64,000 bases of DNA, from the NCBI GenBank assembly GCA_964519955.1, contig CAZFLM010000013.1, forward strand, positions 33,238-97,237, given 5' to 3'. This stretch comes from an uncultured Chthonomonadaceae bacterium (GTDB lineage: Bacteria > Armatimonadota > Chthonomonadetes > Chthonomonadales > CAJBBX01). Position numbers and translations under genes: made by a program. Below are positions 54,049-64,000 of this stretch, in pieces (positions within the stretch are counted from its first letter, which is position 1; each line of letters begins with the position of its first letter). The notes under the pieces are model-generated. The model was not told where the DNA came from and did no database searches. It saw nothing but the letters and a program-made list of their open reading frames with translations.

Positions 54049-56723
54049 CGTCCGCGCAGCGCGGCCTCCAGCTCCGACAGCCCGGCCGGGCAGACCGCGT
54101 AGTGCACGTGGCTGTCCAGCGCCGTGCCGGGCGCTACCGGGTTGCCGAACAGGTCGAGCACCTGCACCCCCGGAGCGGACGGCAGCTTGTAGGCGGCGTG
54201 GCTGGCGGCGGTCGTGATGGCCGCGACGGCGCCGCGCTGCCCCGAGAAGAGGCAGGCGTGGACGCCGTCGGACAGCGTGATGCGCTTCGCGAAGCCCAGG
54301 TCCTCCGTCAGCCACGCCAGCGCGCTGTGCGCCGCCGAGGTGGGATGCGGGTAGCCGTCCGCCGCGACGAGCGATGTCCACTCCACCGACCCGCCGAACG
54401 TGCTGAACCCGTGCATGGTGTACAGGAAGGCGTGCTTTTCGCCATTCGCGCGCCGGCTGATGACGTACCTGGCAAGCCGATCGGCGAGCCGCCAGTTGTC
54501 GTTCGTGTTCTCGTAGGGTAGCGTGCAGCGGTAGAACCCGTTCGACACGTCGCCCGATAGCGGCGCCCCCTCGCTCATCCACACCGGCTTCGGCACCCGC
54601 CCCACCTTCTCGATAATCGGCCCCATCGCCGAGCGGTACCCCTTCTCCGCCGCATCGCCCGGCATGCCCAGGAGCGACGTCTCGTAGTGGTGGTACGAGA
54701 TGGCGTCGCACGCCTCCAGGCCGCCGCCGTCCAACACATCCCTGGTCCACTTGGAGCCGGTATCCCCGACGAACGTGTTGAAGCCGACGATGGTCACGCC
54801 CGGGTCGGCCTCGTGCGCGGCCGCGTAGGCAACCTTCTGCAGGCGGGCGTAGTCGGCGGGCGCCGTCTCGCTCCGCACGAAGTGCGACAGGTAGTCGCTG
54901 CCTTGCTTCTCGTCGTACCTCCAGCTCCAGAACGACGCGCCCCACGGCTCGTTCCAGATCTCGTAGCTGTCGATCAGGCCCCGGTGGTGCGACACGATCG
55001 CGCGCACGGCGTTGGCCCAGTCCTCCATGCGCAGCGGCTCCAGGTAGCGCTCGAAGTAGCCGGTGCAGGGCTTGCCCCAGTTGCTGGCCCAGCCCGGGCT
55101 GGTGGAGAGAAGGCCCAGGATCTTCAGGTGGTGCTCGCGGTAGCGCCGCAGCTCCGTGTCGTGGAACTGCCACTTACCCTTCTCCGGCTCCAGGAACGAC
55201 CAGCCGATGTACGCGGTGCCGGCATCGTGCAGGCGCACCCAGTTGCAGCCGAACGCCTTCGCCATCGTCAGGTGCCGGTTGGTGGAGAGCGTGTGCGTAC
55301 CGAAGAACGAGTTCGGCGCGTCCTTCGCCCAGTAGCGCGGGCGGTGCAGGCGCTCGAAGACCACCTCGTTCTCCGCGCTCAGCTTCTTGCCCGCGGCGTC
55401 CTCCACCCATGCCTCCAGCCGGTACGGGCCCAGCGGGTGCCGGGCGACTGCGGCCGCGTGCAGCGTCCCACTCCGCACGAGGCCGGCCGTCAGCTTCACC
55501 GGCGGGAGCGCCTTCGCGTCGCCGTACATCGTCACAAGCCGCGCCTTGAGCACCGCGCCGGCCTTCCCGCCCACCACCGCGTAGCGAAACGCGAGCGGCT
55601 CGTCGTCGAACACGACACGGGCGGACGAGGCGCTCGACGGCGCCTGCGCAAGCGAGACCTCGACGGGCTTCTGGGGCGCGAACGGCGAGGCGGCCGCTCC
55701 GTGCTCCACCTGCAGCCCGTCGAACCAGAGCATCCCCTTCCCCTCGATCCGCAGGTGGTGCGCGCGGGCGAGCAGGATGGGCTTGAACGGGAATGCCACC
55801 CGCTGCCACTCCGCGCCGCTGAGCTTGAGCGGGATCTCGCCGCAGTAGCCGCCCTCGCCCGAGCAGACGAGCAGCCGCCCCTGCCACTCGCCGCGCACGC
55901 TCAGGCTTGCCGTGTGGGTCTCGAAGCTCCAGGGCACAGCGAATGGGGCGCTGTACACCAGCACGCCCTCGGGCGCGTCGATCTTGAGCGCGGGCACGCC
56001 GCTCGGGCCGAGCACGCGGGGGCCGGTGTCCACGCGCACCTGGTCGCCGTCCGAGTAGTCGCGGTCGATGGACCAGCCGCTCTGCAGGCCCAGCGGGAAG
56101 CGCGAGAGCTTCACCAGGTTGCCCTTGCCGGCGTCCGGATACTTCGCCTTGATCTCGTCGATCAGGTCCTGGTCCGAGAGCCGGACGAGCTTCAGCTTCT
56201 CGATGTCGAGGGTGCCGTTCCCGGAGAGGTAGATGAAGAGCCCGAGCGGCTCGGACTGGGCCGGCAGGCGGAAGTCGTAGGAGTAGGTGCGCCACGAGGC
56301 GTCCATCGCGGGGCCGGCGGTCCACGGCGAGGAGTAGGGCGGGCCCATGAACCGGATTGCCAGGCTCGCGCCGACGACGCTGCGGGCGGAGAGCGTCAGT
56401 CGGTAGTAGCCCTCGCCCTGGTCCAGGCCCGCGAGCGCGTGGACGAACTGCAGGCCGTCGCCCGAGGTCTGCCGCACGCGCGTGAAGCGCCGCCCGCCCT
56501 CGGCCATCTGCGAGTACTCGGCGACGACCTTCTCCTTCCAGCCGGAGTTGTCGCCCCATCCCTCCGGCAGCGACCCGGTGATGCGGTTGCCCTTCGCCGC
56601 GTCGACATCCGACACCTTGCTGCCGCCCGCGCCGAAGTCGGCGTCGACGAGCACCCGCGGGGCCGCGAGGGCGGCCGCAGGCAGCAGGGCGAGAGCGGCA
56701 GCAAGCCAAGAGCATCGTCGCAT
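54045..56723 (-). CDS. Secreted glycoside hydrolase (clan GH-A-like TIM barrel) with N-terminal carbohydrate-binding-like domains
   Basis: The gene starts at MRRCSWLAAALALLPAAALA (CAT 56721-56723, with GGGAGG upstream). The C-terminal half reads NWVRLHDAG, WSFLEPEKGKW, YEIWNEPW, ISYHHY. The ORF-track extension to 57035 was rejected. The exact GH family was not determined. Confidence 0.7.
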   Translation of the reverse strand: MRRCSWLAAALALLPAAALAAPRVLVDADFGAGGSKVSDVDAAKGNRITGSLPEGWGDNSGWKEKVVAEYSQMAEGGRRFTRVRQTSGDGLQFVHALAGLDQGEGYYRLTLSARSVVGASLAIRFMGPPYSSPWTAGPAMDASWRTYSYDFRLPAQSEPLGLFIYLSGNGTLDIEKLKLVRLSDQDLIDEIKAKYPDAGKGNLVKLSRFPLGLQSGWSIDRDYSDGDQVRVDTGPRVLGPSGVPALKIDAPEGVLVYSAPFAVPWSFETHTASLSVRGEWQGRLLVCSGEGGYCGEIPLKLSGAEWQRVAFPFKPILLARAHHLRIEGKGMLWFDGLQVEHGAAASPFAPQKPVEVSLAQAPSSASSARVVFDDEPLAFRYAVVGGKAGAVLKARLVTMYGDAKALPPVKLTAGLVRSGTLHAAAVARHPLGPYRLEAWVEDAAGKKLSAENEVVFERLHRPRYWAKDAPNSFFGTHTLSTNRHLTMAKAFGCNWVRLHDAGTAYIGWSFLEPEKGKWQFHDTELRRYREHHLKILGLLSTSPGWASNWGKPCTGYFERYLEPLRMEDWANAVRAIVSHHRGLIDSYEIWNEPWGASFWSWRYDEKQGSDYLSHFVRSETAPADYARLQKVAYAAAHEADPGVTIVGFNTFVGDTGSKWTRDVLDGGGLEACDAISYHHYETSLLGMPGDAAEKGYRSAMGPIIEKVGRVPKPVWMSEGAPLSGDVSNGFYRCTLPYENTNDNWRLADRLARYVISRRANGEKHAFLYTMHGFSTFGGSVEWTSLVAADGYPHPTSAAHSALAWLTEDLGFAKRITLSDGVHACLFSGQRGAVAAITTAASHAAYKLPSAPGVQVLDLFGNPVAPGTALDSHVHYAVCPAGLSELEAALRGR

Positions 56724-56908
56724 CGTAAGCCTCCCGAGGTTCGTCCCTATCGGACAAGGAGAACGCGCCGGCGCCACCGAACGGCCCTGATGGGGCAAGC
56801 GTCGCCGCCCCCACGCTCGCCCGCGCACCGGCCATTCGATAGGCGGCTGATCAGCCTGGCCGGCGGCGGCACCTAGGGCTGGAGCATCGCGTCGTCTGGG
56901 GACAGGGA

Positions 56909-58012
56909 ATGATGGGACAGAACTCCATGGGCCCCCGTGCCTTCGTGCTTGCCGCCTCATGGTCGCTGGCTCTCGCCGCCGGCCTCGCCAGCGCGGCGTC
57001 GGCGTCGGATCGCGGCGCCCCTGCCCAGAGGCCAAGAGTGATCGTCTCGTCGGACTTCCCGCCGGTCGCCGTCATCCCGATCGGCGCGGGCCAGGGCGCG
57101 GCAGAGCAGCGGAGCGATCCCGACGACGTGCAGTCGATGGTCCGCTTCCTGCTCTATGTGAACGATTTCGACGTCGAGGGGCTGATCGCCTCGTCGGGCA
57201 CCCTGGCCAATGTCGCCCGCAAGCGCAACATCCTGGACATACTCGACCTGTACGGCCAGGTGGAGCAGAACCTGAGGCGGCACGACCGGCGCTATCCCAC
57301 CGCGGCCAGGCTTCGCGCGGTCACGTGGGAGGGACGCTCGGGCACCTACGGCAAGCCTGCCGCCGACATACTGGGCGATGGCATGGACAGCGAGGCGTCG
57401 GACGCCATTATCCGCATCGTCGACCGGCCCGATCGCCGGCCGGTGTGGATCTGCGTGTGGGGAGGGCCACGGGAGGTGGCGCAGGCGATCTGGAAGGTCC
57501 GCGCCACACGCAGCCCCGCCGGGCTCGAGCGCTTCCTGGGCAAGCTGCGCCTCTACATCATCGCGAAGCAGGATGGCACAGCGCAGTGGCTGCTCGACAC
57601 GTGCCCGAGCCTGTTCGTCATCCTCTCCGAGCGCAACTACATGGGCATGTTCTGCGACGCCCCCGACGCCGATCCGCGCCTGGCTGACCTGGCCTGGATC
57701 GACGCGCACATCCGCACGGGCCGCGGGCCGCTCGGAGCCGCCTACCCGCGGAGCGGCGACGATCCGAGCAAGCCGGGGCAGAAGGAGGGGGACACGCCCT
57801 CGTTCCTGCACCTCGTGAGCGCGGTGCGCGGCCTCAACGACCCGGACAAACCGGGAGAAGGCGGCTGGGGCGGTAAGTTCGTCCGCCCGGATGCCTCACG
57901 CAACCACTGGTTCGACGACCCGGCCGGCGGCCGCACGGTATCCATGTGGCGCGCCGACGCGCAGCGTGACTTCGCCCGCCGCGCGGACTGGATGGCGCCC
58001 CCAACGCGGTAG
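56909..58012 (+). CDS. DUF1593 (nucleoside-hydrolase-like) secreted protein
   Basis: 367-aa ORF with a signal peptide. Diagnostic stretches: RVIVSSDFPP, DPDDVQSMVRFLLYVNDFDVEGLIASSG, ICVWGG. Confidence 0.7.
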   Translation: MMGQNSMGPRAFVLAASWSLALAAGLASAASASDRGAPAQRPRVIVSSDFPPVAVIPIGAGQGAAEQRSDPDDVQSMVRFLLYVNDFDVEGLIASSGTLANVARKRNILDILDLYGQVEQNLRRHDRRYPTAARLRAVTWEGRSGTYGKPAADILGDGMDSEASDAIIRIVDRPDRRPVWICVWGGPREVAQAIWKVRATRSPAGLERFLGKLRLYIIAKQDGTAQWLLDTCPSLFVILSERNYMGMFCDAPDADPRLADLAWIDAHIRTGRGPLGAAYPRSGDDPSKPGQKEGDTPSFLHLVSAVRGLNDPDKPGEGGWGGKFVRPDASRNHWFDDPAGGRTVSMWRADAQRDFARRADWMAPPTR

Positions 58013-58033
58013 ACAGCCCTGGAGACAGCCAGA

Positions 58034-59239
58034 ATGAGCAGTGCGATCCCTCGATGGACACACGCCGTGGCATGCCTGATGGCTCTCGTCGGCTCGACGG
58101 CGCCCCCCGCGCTCGCCGCGCCGGACACAGCGGCGGCAGCCTTCCGCCATGCCGACAACCTGCTGGCCCAGAACCCGGACGCGCCGCCGCTGCCCGGGCG
58201 CCCCTCGGGCGAGTTCTACGACCTGTGCGACGCGCGCGACGCCTATCTCGCTCTGGCGGCGCGGGGCAGCGATCCGGCCAGGGCGTACCGGGGCGCCGCG
58301 GAGGCCGAGAGACGCCTGGGCCACTACGACCAGGCCGCCGCCCTGCTGCGCCGCGCCATGAAGGCCGCGCCCGCCGACCATCGCGCCGAGCAGGACCTGG
58401 CCCGGCTCCAGCCCCTCCTCGACGCGCGTGCGGCCATCCGCAAGGTGCTCCCCGCCACCCGGACCATCACCCGCCTGCGCCTCTACCCGGTCGGCGGCAC
58501 GCGGTACTGGGCAGTGCTCCACGGGCGAGCGGGCGAGAAGCTCGAGGGCCTCACTCAGCCGTCTGGCATGCGCCTGTCTCTGTTCACCGCGCCACCCAGC
58601 ATCCGCCAGGTCGGCCCCGACATCCCGCTGGTTGACGCGCGCAGAGAAGGAGTGGCCCAAGACTACCGCGGCGTCGAATGTTGCGCCATCGACATGACGG
58701 GCGACGGCGTGCCCGAACTCGCGGTTCACGAACTGTCGTACGGCGGCTCGTGGAAGCCCTCGCAGATGGAGGTCTACGCCTGGCGCAACGGGCGCCTGGC
58801 CCGCATCCTCCAGGTACAGAGCAGCCTGCCCGTGTGCCTGGAGGACATCGACCACAACGGGACCTACCAGGTGCGCAACCGCTACGAGATCGGCGGCGAC
58901 ATGTGCCACGCGGAGCAACCACGCTGGTCGGACGTGTACGCCTACCGAAACGGGCGGTTCGTCATCGCCAACCGCTCCTACCCGCGGGCCTTCGCCGAGT
59001 GGCCGGACGAACTGCGCAAGAAGCTCCGCAAGTACCCAGGAGACCCCGAGATCCGCGCCTACCTGTGCCTCGCCTACGAACTGACGGGCCAGAACAAGCG
59101 GGCGACGCCGCTTCGCAAGCGAGCAGCGGCATGGTTCCGCAGCGAGCTGGCGACCGACTCGGAACAGAACCGCCTTGCGCCGGGCGTGTTCAAGGCCACC
59201 ATGCGCGAGCATCTGGCGGTCGTCAGAGGCAAGCGCTAA
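58034..59239 (+). CDS. Secreted hypothetical protein (TPR-like N-terminal part, beta-rich C-terminal part)
   Basis: 401-aa ORF with GGAGA upstream and a signal peptide (CLMALVGSTAPPALAAP). No family was recognised. Confidence 0.55.
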   Translation: MSSAIPRWTHAVACLMALVGSTAPPALAAPDTAAAAFRHADNLLAQNPDAPPLPGRPSGEFYDLCDARDAYLALAARGSDPARAYRGAAEAERRLGHYDQAAALLRRAMKAAPADHRAEQDLARLQPLLDARAAIRKVLPATRTITRLRLYPVGGTRYWAVLHGRAGEKLEGLTQPSGMRLSLFTAPPSIRQVGPDIPLVDARREGVAQDYRGVECCAIDMTGDGVPELAVHELSYGGSWKPSQMEVYAWRNGRLARILQVQSSLPVCLEDIDHNGTYQVRNRYEIGGDMCHAEQPRWSDVYAYRNGRFVIANRSYPRAFAEWPDELRKKLRKYPGDPEIRAYLCLAYELTGQNKRATPLRKRAAAWFRSELATDSEQNRLAPGVFKATMREHLAVVRGKR

Positions 59240-59307
59240 GGAAGCCGCCAACGTCGTCGTGCTGTGCCGGCGCCCACTGCCCGCGAGCCATCGGCCGGGC
59301 GCCGGCT

Positions 59308-59350
59308 CCAGCCCCCAAGTCCCAAGTCCCAGCCCCCGATCCCCGGCCCC
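59308..59350. repeat. G-run repeat family copy C (C-rich on + strand)
   Basis: CCAGCCCCCAAGTCCCAAGTCCCAGCCCCCGATCCCCGGCCCC. Its complement GGGGCCGGGGATCGGGGGCTGGGACTTGGGACTTGGGGGCTGG directly follows the stop of the - strand esterase gene. Confidence 0.65.
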
Positions 59351-60085
59351 TTACTTGCCCCCGCGCTTGTGCGAGAGGAGCCACTTGTACAGCTCGGGGT
59401 CGTCGTAGGCCTGGGTCCACGAGTCGTGGCCGGCTTCCGGGTAGATGGTGAACTTCGGGTCGCCGCCCGCCGCCTTCACCGCGTCCACCATCTCCTGGGA
59501 GCGCTGGATCGGCACGGTGGTGTCCTTGCCGCCGTGGAACACCCAGATCGGCAGCTTGGCGATCTTCGCCGCCTCCTTCGGGTCGCCGCCGCCGCAGATG
59601 GGCGCGATGGCCGCGAACAGGTTCGGGTACTTGCACGCCGTGTCCCACGTGCCGAACCCGCCCATGCTCAGGCCGGTCAGGTAGATGCGTTCCTTGTCGA
59701 CGCGGTACTTGGCGCAGATCTCGTCCAGCAGCCCCTTCACGAACTCCGGCTTCCACCCGTACTGCTTCGTCTGCGGCGAGACGAGGATGAACGGGAAGTC
59801 CGGCTGGCTCGCCACGATCTTGGGCGGCCCGTGGACCTTCACCTTCTCCACGTCGGTGCCCGTCTCACCCGCCCCGTGCAGGAAGATCATCAGCGGCCAG
59901 CGCTTCTTGCTTGTCGCGTAGTCCTGCGGCAGGTAGAGCAGGTAGTCCATCGACACGTGGACAACGACATCGCGCTCCAGCGTCTGGGCCTGCTGGGCAC
60001 CGGGTTCCTGGGCGCGGGCCGCCGGCATCAGCGCCAGCAGCGCCCCCGCCGCGATCGCCGCGCGCCAGCACGTTCGGTTCGTCAC
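59351..60085 (-). CDS. Secreted alpha/beta hydrolase (phospholipase/carboxylesterase, dienelactone-hydrolase-like)
   Basis: GGAGGA lies 5 nt before the GTG (CAC 60083-60085). A signal peptide is present (AAIAAGALLALMPAARA). Motifs: PLMIFLHGAGE, LTGLSMGGFG, FHGGKDTTVP, GHDSW. The ORF track extends to 60187. Confidence 0.8.
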   Translation of the reverse strand: MTNRTCWRAAIAAGALLALMPAARAQEPGAQQAQTLERDVVVHVSMDYLLYLPQDYATSKKRWPLMIFLHGAGETGTDVEKVKVHGPPKIVASQPDFPFILVSPQTKQYGWKPEFVKGLLDEICAKYRVDKERIYLTGLSMGGFGTWDTACKYPNLFAAIAPICGGGDPKEAAKIAKLPIWVFHGGKDTTVPIQRSQEMVDAVKAAGGDPKFTIYPEAGHDSWTQAYDDPELYKWLLSHKRGGK

Positions 60086-60209
60086 GGTTGTCCTCCAGGC
60101 ATCACGTTGCGGGCAGTAGTTCCAATCCTCACCGACCCCGAAGCGTCGGTGCGACAGCAGTATAGGGCGCGGGGCGCGGGGTGTCAAATGCGCCAGTGAA
60201 GGCCTCGCT

Positions 60210-60818
60210 CTACTCCTCGAACAGCGAGGCTACCGGGATCGTGAGGTCGGGGTAGAGACCGGAGGCGGCGGTCTGCGAGTTGGCGTAGACGCCGATCGTC
60301 TCCGGCGCCTCGCCACCCAGGCGCAGCACCTCCACCGTCTCGGCCTCGGGGCTGACGATCCAGCACTCCCGCACGCCGATGCGGCTGTAGTCGGCGAGCT
60401 TGGCCTCCCGGGCGGAGCGCGTCTCGGAGGGAGAGAGGATCTCGACGACCAACTCCGGCGCCGCGACGAGCGGACCGGGGTCGGAGCGGCTCCCGCAGCG
60501 GGCGAGCTGCTCGTTCGAGACGAACAGCACATCCGGCTGGCGCACGCGGAGTGGATCGCGCTCGATCAGGACGTCACACGGAGCGACGATGGCGCGCCCA
60601 ACGCCGGTCCGGCGGCCGAATGCGCGCAGATGCTCAGCGATCACCATCAGCACATCCTGGTGCAGCCTGGTCGGACTCGTCATGGAGATCCTCACACCGT
60701 CCACGATGTCGTACCGCTGCATCAACTCGCCCTCGGCCATGTACTCGTCCCACGTGAGCACGCAGGCAGGACGCCTGGCACGTTGCTGGGGCCTGGTTGT
60801 CGCTGCTGTCGCGGTCAT
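60210..60818 (-). CDS. Uma2-family (DUF820) putative endonuclease, second copy
   Basis: 202-aa ORF reading YDIVDGVRISMTSPTRLHQ, QPDVLFV, PELVVEILSPSE, YSRIGVRECWIVSP. Confidence 0.8.
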   Translation of the reverse strand: MTATAATTRPQQRARRPACVLTWDEYMAEGELMQRYDIVDGVRISMTSPTRLHQDVLMVIAEHLRAFGRRTGVGRAIVAPCDVLIERDPLRVRQPDVLFVSNEQLARCGSRSDPGPLVAAPELVVEILSPSETRSAREAKLADYSRIGVRECWIVSPEAETVEVLRLGGEAPETIGVYANSQTAASGLYPDLTIPVASLFEE

Positions 60819-60907
60819 GTGGTCACCTCGGGCCTGCGCCAGAACGCCGCAGGGTCACCGTCCATTATGCCGTCTTGCGATCCAAGAAGCAAGGGCACTG
60901 CGCTCGC

Positions 60908-63139
60908 TCACCGCGCGCAGCGGAACCCATGCGGCGGAACGAACCAGATGAGCGGGTTGAGGCGGTAGAGGCTCGGCTGCGCCCCGGTGCCCGGCGCCAT
61001 CTCGTAGAGCGGAACGCGCCGCCCGGTCTCGGGACGGTAGTGCAGGAGCGATCCGCCCCACGGCAGGATGCAGTCGGCGTGTAGACGCCAGGCCAGGCTG
61101 ACGGCGTCCATCGCAGTCGCGTTGCCGGCGGCCGACGAGGAGCCTGTAGCCGGGTACACGGTGTAGTTCGCCTCGCTCCCGTCGAGGGGGTCAGGCCCCC
61201 ACAGGTGCGCACCGTTCAGGAACGCGCACACCGGGAACGTATAGGCGCGCAGATCGCGCGGCGCGGTGAGTTCCTCCCGGGCCTTCATCAGCTCATGCCA
61301 TGTCATCGACCCGATCAACTGCGGATCGCCGCCGCGGGACTGGATGAGCGAGACCTTGACCTTGCGGACGAGTTGCTCCACCTCCCACAGATTGGCAACC
61401 ACGGTGAGCTGCTCCAGCGAAGGGCCGTCCGGAGCGCGCCGGTACATGCGGCCAAGCGTGTGCCCCAGCGCCGGGAAGTTGGTGCCCCACAGGTCCAGCG
61501 GGTCCTGCGTGGCCGGCGCCGGCTCGGGGGCATGGTCCATCATCACGAAGCGATCCACGGATGCGCCGGCGCCGGTGAGGCGGCCGACGACCCGGTCCCG
61601 AGCGCCGAACACCACGTCGCGCACGCCGTAGGGGCTCACATCGAAGTCGCGCGATCCCACCGGCGCCAGGTGCGTGGGGTCTTGCCATCGATCCCAGATG
61701 CCCTCGGCCTCTTCCAGGAGCGTCTTGCGCGACCACTCTGCCAGCGGAAGCGAGTCCCTCGTCACGGCCTCCAGCGGAATCCATTTGCGCACGCCTGCCG
61801 CCGCTTCCCCGCGAGCCGCGCCCAATACGGCACGGTGCTTGGCCTTCACGCGTTCCCATGTCGCCGAGTGATCGGCGATGTACCGCTGCAGCCACTCCGG
61901 CCACTCGGCGCCCGCGCGCGGCCCCAACGCAGCCAGGCACCACTCGTACACGGTGGGCAGCCGCTTCCCCTGCCACCGAGCGTACGCCGCGGCCCCCTCG
62001 TACGGCACCCCCAGCACCGGCAGGTTCGCAACGCCGGGAGGGAACGGATCGCCGTCGGGCTCCCACCCGAGCGGGAAGTAGGCTTGGCGACGGCGATCGT
62101 CCCTCGGCAGCGTGCTCCAGAACGTCAGGTAGCGCTGATTCGTCACCTGATCCCTGTCCATCCGGAAGGGAGCCACACATGCTACGCGATCCCGCTCCAT
62201 CTCCACGCGCGTGCTTGAGGCCTCTTCCGCGACGTCGAAGACGTTCTTGGCAGCCAACACCAGGTCGACCTGCTGACCGAACCAGGCCGCCGGCAGCACC
62301 ACGGGCCCGCCGGGCACGTCCACCATCTCGTCCACCGCCTCCGCCTTCGGCTTCTCCTCCTCTGAGCTTGAACCGTCCGTGTCCCTACGCACGTTCAGCC
62401 GCGCCTCGAACGGCCCCTCGGGCGTGGGAACCGGAACCACGCAGCCCGTCGCCCGGTTCAGGCTCTCGAAGGTCACGAACTCCTTCGCAGCCGCCGAGCC
62501 ACCACGGCCCAGCACCATCCCAACGGCCATCCCGTCAGGGCCTGTCACCACCGCGCCCGCCGGCACGTCCTCCACAGGCGCCGCGAAGGGCAGCATCGCC
62601 GCGGGCGACTTCGAGCGCTCCTTCGGCAACTCGCCCAACGCCGCGTGACGGTACTGCACCGGGCCGAACTTGCCTCCCTCGCCGAGGGGAGCGCACACCA
62701 CCATCAACTCGTCGCCAGGCTTCAGCGTGTCCGGAAGCAGCGTGCGGAGGGCCGGCACGTGTACGCCATGCGCCTTCACCTGAACCAGCCCGCCGTCGTA
62801 GTCCGCCGCGATCCTCGGGTTGACGGCCTTCGCCACCGCCTCGCCCGTGCCGGGGCGCAGCGTCACCGAGACGCTCAGCGTCCCCTTCCCGTCCTCCAGC
62901 ACCAGCATGCTCGACGGGAACAGCACGTAGCCATCGCAGCGGAGGACGAAGCCATTGCCGCGCCGCACCGTCTGCGTGCCGTCCTTCTGCGTGATCGTCA
63001 CTGTGACGCCGACCAGCGCCGTCTGCGCCGGCCCGACGTGCGGCCCCTTCTCGAACGCCTTCAGTGTCTCCGCGCTCTGGCAGAGGCCGGCGTGCGGCAG
63101 CACCGACAGCAGCAGGACCATACAAGCAGCACAACGCAT
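60908..63139 (-). CDS. Secreted fusion: trypsin-fold-like N-terminal domain lacking an obvious GDSG serine motif, plus FGE/SUMF1-like domain and long C-terminal region
   Basis: The gene starts at [20 protein letters not shown] (CAT 63137-63139). The N-terminal part reads [18 protein letters not shown]. The FGE-like part reads [17 protein letters not shown] and [23 protein letters not shown]. The 275-codon upstream extension in the ORF track overlaps the opposite-strand GH140-like gene and was rejected. Confidence 0.55.
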   Translation of the reverse strand: MRCAACMVLLLSVLPHAGLCQSAETLKAFEKGPHVGPAQTALVGVTVTITQKDGTQTVRRGNGFVLRCDGYVLFPSSMLVLEDGKGTLSVSVTLRPGTGEAVAKAVNPRIAADYDGGLVQVKAHGVHVPALRTLLPDTLKPGDELMVVCAPLGEGGKFGPVQYRHAALGELPKERSKSPAAMLPFAAPVEDVPAGAVVTGPDGMAVGMVLGRGGSAAAKEFVTFESLNRATGCVVPVPTPEGPFEARLNVRRDTDGSSSEEEKPKAEAVDEMVDVPGGPVVLPAAWFGQQVDLVLAAKNVFDVAEEASSTRVEMERDRVACVAPFRMDRDQVTNQRYLTFWSTLPRDDRRRQAYFPLGWEPDGDPFPPGVANLPVLGVPYEGAAAYARWQGKRLPTVYEWCLAALGPRAGAEWPEWLQRYIADHSATWERVKAKHRAVLGAARGEAAAGVRKWIPLEAVTRDSLPLAEWSRKTLLEEAEGIWDRWQDPTHLAPVGSRDFDVSPYGVRDVVFGARDRVVGRLTGAGASVDRFVMMDHAPEPAPATQDPLDLWGTNFPALGHTLGRMYRRAPDGPSLEQLTVVANLWEVEQLVRKVKVSLIQSRGGDPQLIGSMTWHELMKAREELTAPRDLRAYTFPVCAFLNGAHLWGPDPLDGSEANYTVYPATGSSSAAGNATAMDAVSLAWRLHADCILPWGGSLLHYRPETGRRVPLYEMAPGTGAQPSLYRLNPLIWFVPPHGFRCAR

Positions 63140-63319
63140 CGCGACGCCCTCCTTTCGGCCCCACTCTGTCCCCAACGATCCAAGGGCGCTCTTGTGACAC
63201 CACCGGCCACCGCTAACCGTCAGCTTCTGCTTCCGCGCGGGGCGGCAAACTCCTGCCCCGTCACCGCACAGGTGCCTGGGCGGTCTGTGTTGAAATACCG
63301 TGCAAAGGAGCCCACGCCC

Positions 63320-64000
63320 ATGCTGCACGCCGCCATCATCCTGGCCGCCCTGACGCAGCCGCAAGGGAGCCCGCCCGCCATGCCCACCAGAGCACCCAAG
63401 CCCGCGCCCATCCTGCGCGTCTCCGCGAACAAACGGTTCCTGCAGTACGCCAACGGGAAGCCCTTCTTCTACCTGGGCGACACCGCCTGGGAGCTGTTCC
63501 ACCGCCTGAACCGGGAGGACGCCGACAAGTACCTCACGGAGCGCGCCAGGCAGGGGTTCACGGTCATTCAGGCCGTCGTGCTGGCCGAGCACGGCTTCGA
63601 CCATCCGAACACCTACGGAGCCCTCCCGCTGCTGGACAACGATCCCACGAAGCCGAACGAAGCCTACTTCGAACACGTGGACACCATCGTCCGCAAGGCT
63701 GAGTCGCTGGGCATGTACATTGGGATGCTGCCGACGTGGGGAGACAAGTGGAACAAGAAGTGGGGTGCGGGGCCGGAGGTGTTCACCCCTGCCAACGCGC
63801 GCGCCTACGGGGAGTTCCTCGGCAGGCGTTACCGCGACCGGGCGATCATCTGGATCCTCGGCGGCGACCGTCCGATCGACAAGCCGGAGCAGCGCGCGAT
63901 CATCGACGCCATGGCCGAGGGGCTCCGGGCCGGCGACGGCGGGCGCCACCTGATGACGTTCCACCCATGCGGCCAGCGCACCTCGGCCGAGTGGTTCCAG
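63320..64000 (+). CDS. DUF4038 / GH140-like glycoside hydrolase, N-terminal part (runs off window)
   Basis: This gene is not in the ORF track because no stop falls inside the window. AAGGAG lies 9 nt before the ATG at 63320. The translation is [87 protein letters not shown]. Confidence 0.75.
   Translation, partial: MLHAAIILAALTQPQGSPPAMPTRAPKPAPILRVSANKRFLQYANGKPFFYLGDTAWELFHRLNREDADKYLTERARQGFTVIQAVVLAEHGFDHPNTYGALPLLDNDPTKPNEAYFEHVDTIVRKAESLGMYIGMLPTWGDKWNKKWGAGPEVFTPANARAYGEFLGRRYRDRAIIWILGGDRPIDKPEQRAIIDAMAEGLRAGDGGRHLMTFHPCGQRTSAEWFQ

Noticed and set aside
60908-63964. 1018-aa version of the - strand ORF
   Set aside because: The 275 codons upstream of Met (63139) overlap the + strand DUF4038/GH140-like gene, which has strong family motifs. 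The signal peptide begins at the internal Met.

Overview
Visibly GC-rich bacterial chromosomal segment (codon third positions are almost always G/C, so long spurious antisense ORFs are common). I recognised no rRNA, tRNA, CRISPR array, transposase or integrase. Gene starts were chosen by eye from RBS-like motifs and homology. Layout: (1) 1-10.7 kb is a tightly packed + strand array. It encodes six FHA domains in four proteins, a vWA/MIDAS protein, a secreted L-type lectin, a PP2C phosphatase, a Tpt1/KptA RNA 2'-phosphotransferase, a J-domain/Hanks-kinase/TPR fusion and a hypothetical protein. This is the best candidate for an undescribed signalling or conflict system, and it is cut by the window edge. 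(2) 10.8-24 kb is mostly housekeeping: pntAA-pntAB-pntB transhydrogenase, a PAP2 phosphatase, rhaM plus sugar isomerase and dehydrogenase, a SAM methyltransferase, an orphan CcrM-like adenine methyltransferase, pheA and accD-accA. (3) 24-34 kb holds a CocE/NonD hydrolase, a BrnT/BrnA toxin-antitoxin pair wedged against a GH5 gene, PPi-phosphofructokinase, a tryptophanase-family lyase, a Uma2 nuclease and a Tat-signal Gfo/Idh/MocA oxidoreductase. (4) 34-42 kb is an RDD / SpoIIM-like / DUF58 / HExxH / M48 membrane-protein block with no MoxR ATPase. (5) 42-48.4 kb has a GH144-like gene and a 13-Asp-box BNR double-propeller gene. The 3' end of the BNR gene is repeated three times, and each interval carries a different type II toxin-antitoxin cassette (HicB/HicA with a frameshifted toxin, BrnT-like/antitoxin, DUF1778/GNAT). 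(6) 48.5-64 kb has a polytopic membrane protein, a GAF-PAS hybrid histidine kinase, several secreted glycoside-hydrolase-like genes, an esterase, a second Uma2 gene and a pseudo-protease/FGE-like fusion. Two small dispersed repeat families sit directly after stop codons: an 81-bp CTAG-bounded palindromic element, and a GGGACTTGGGG-type G-run repeat.
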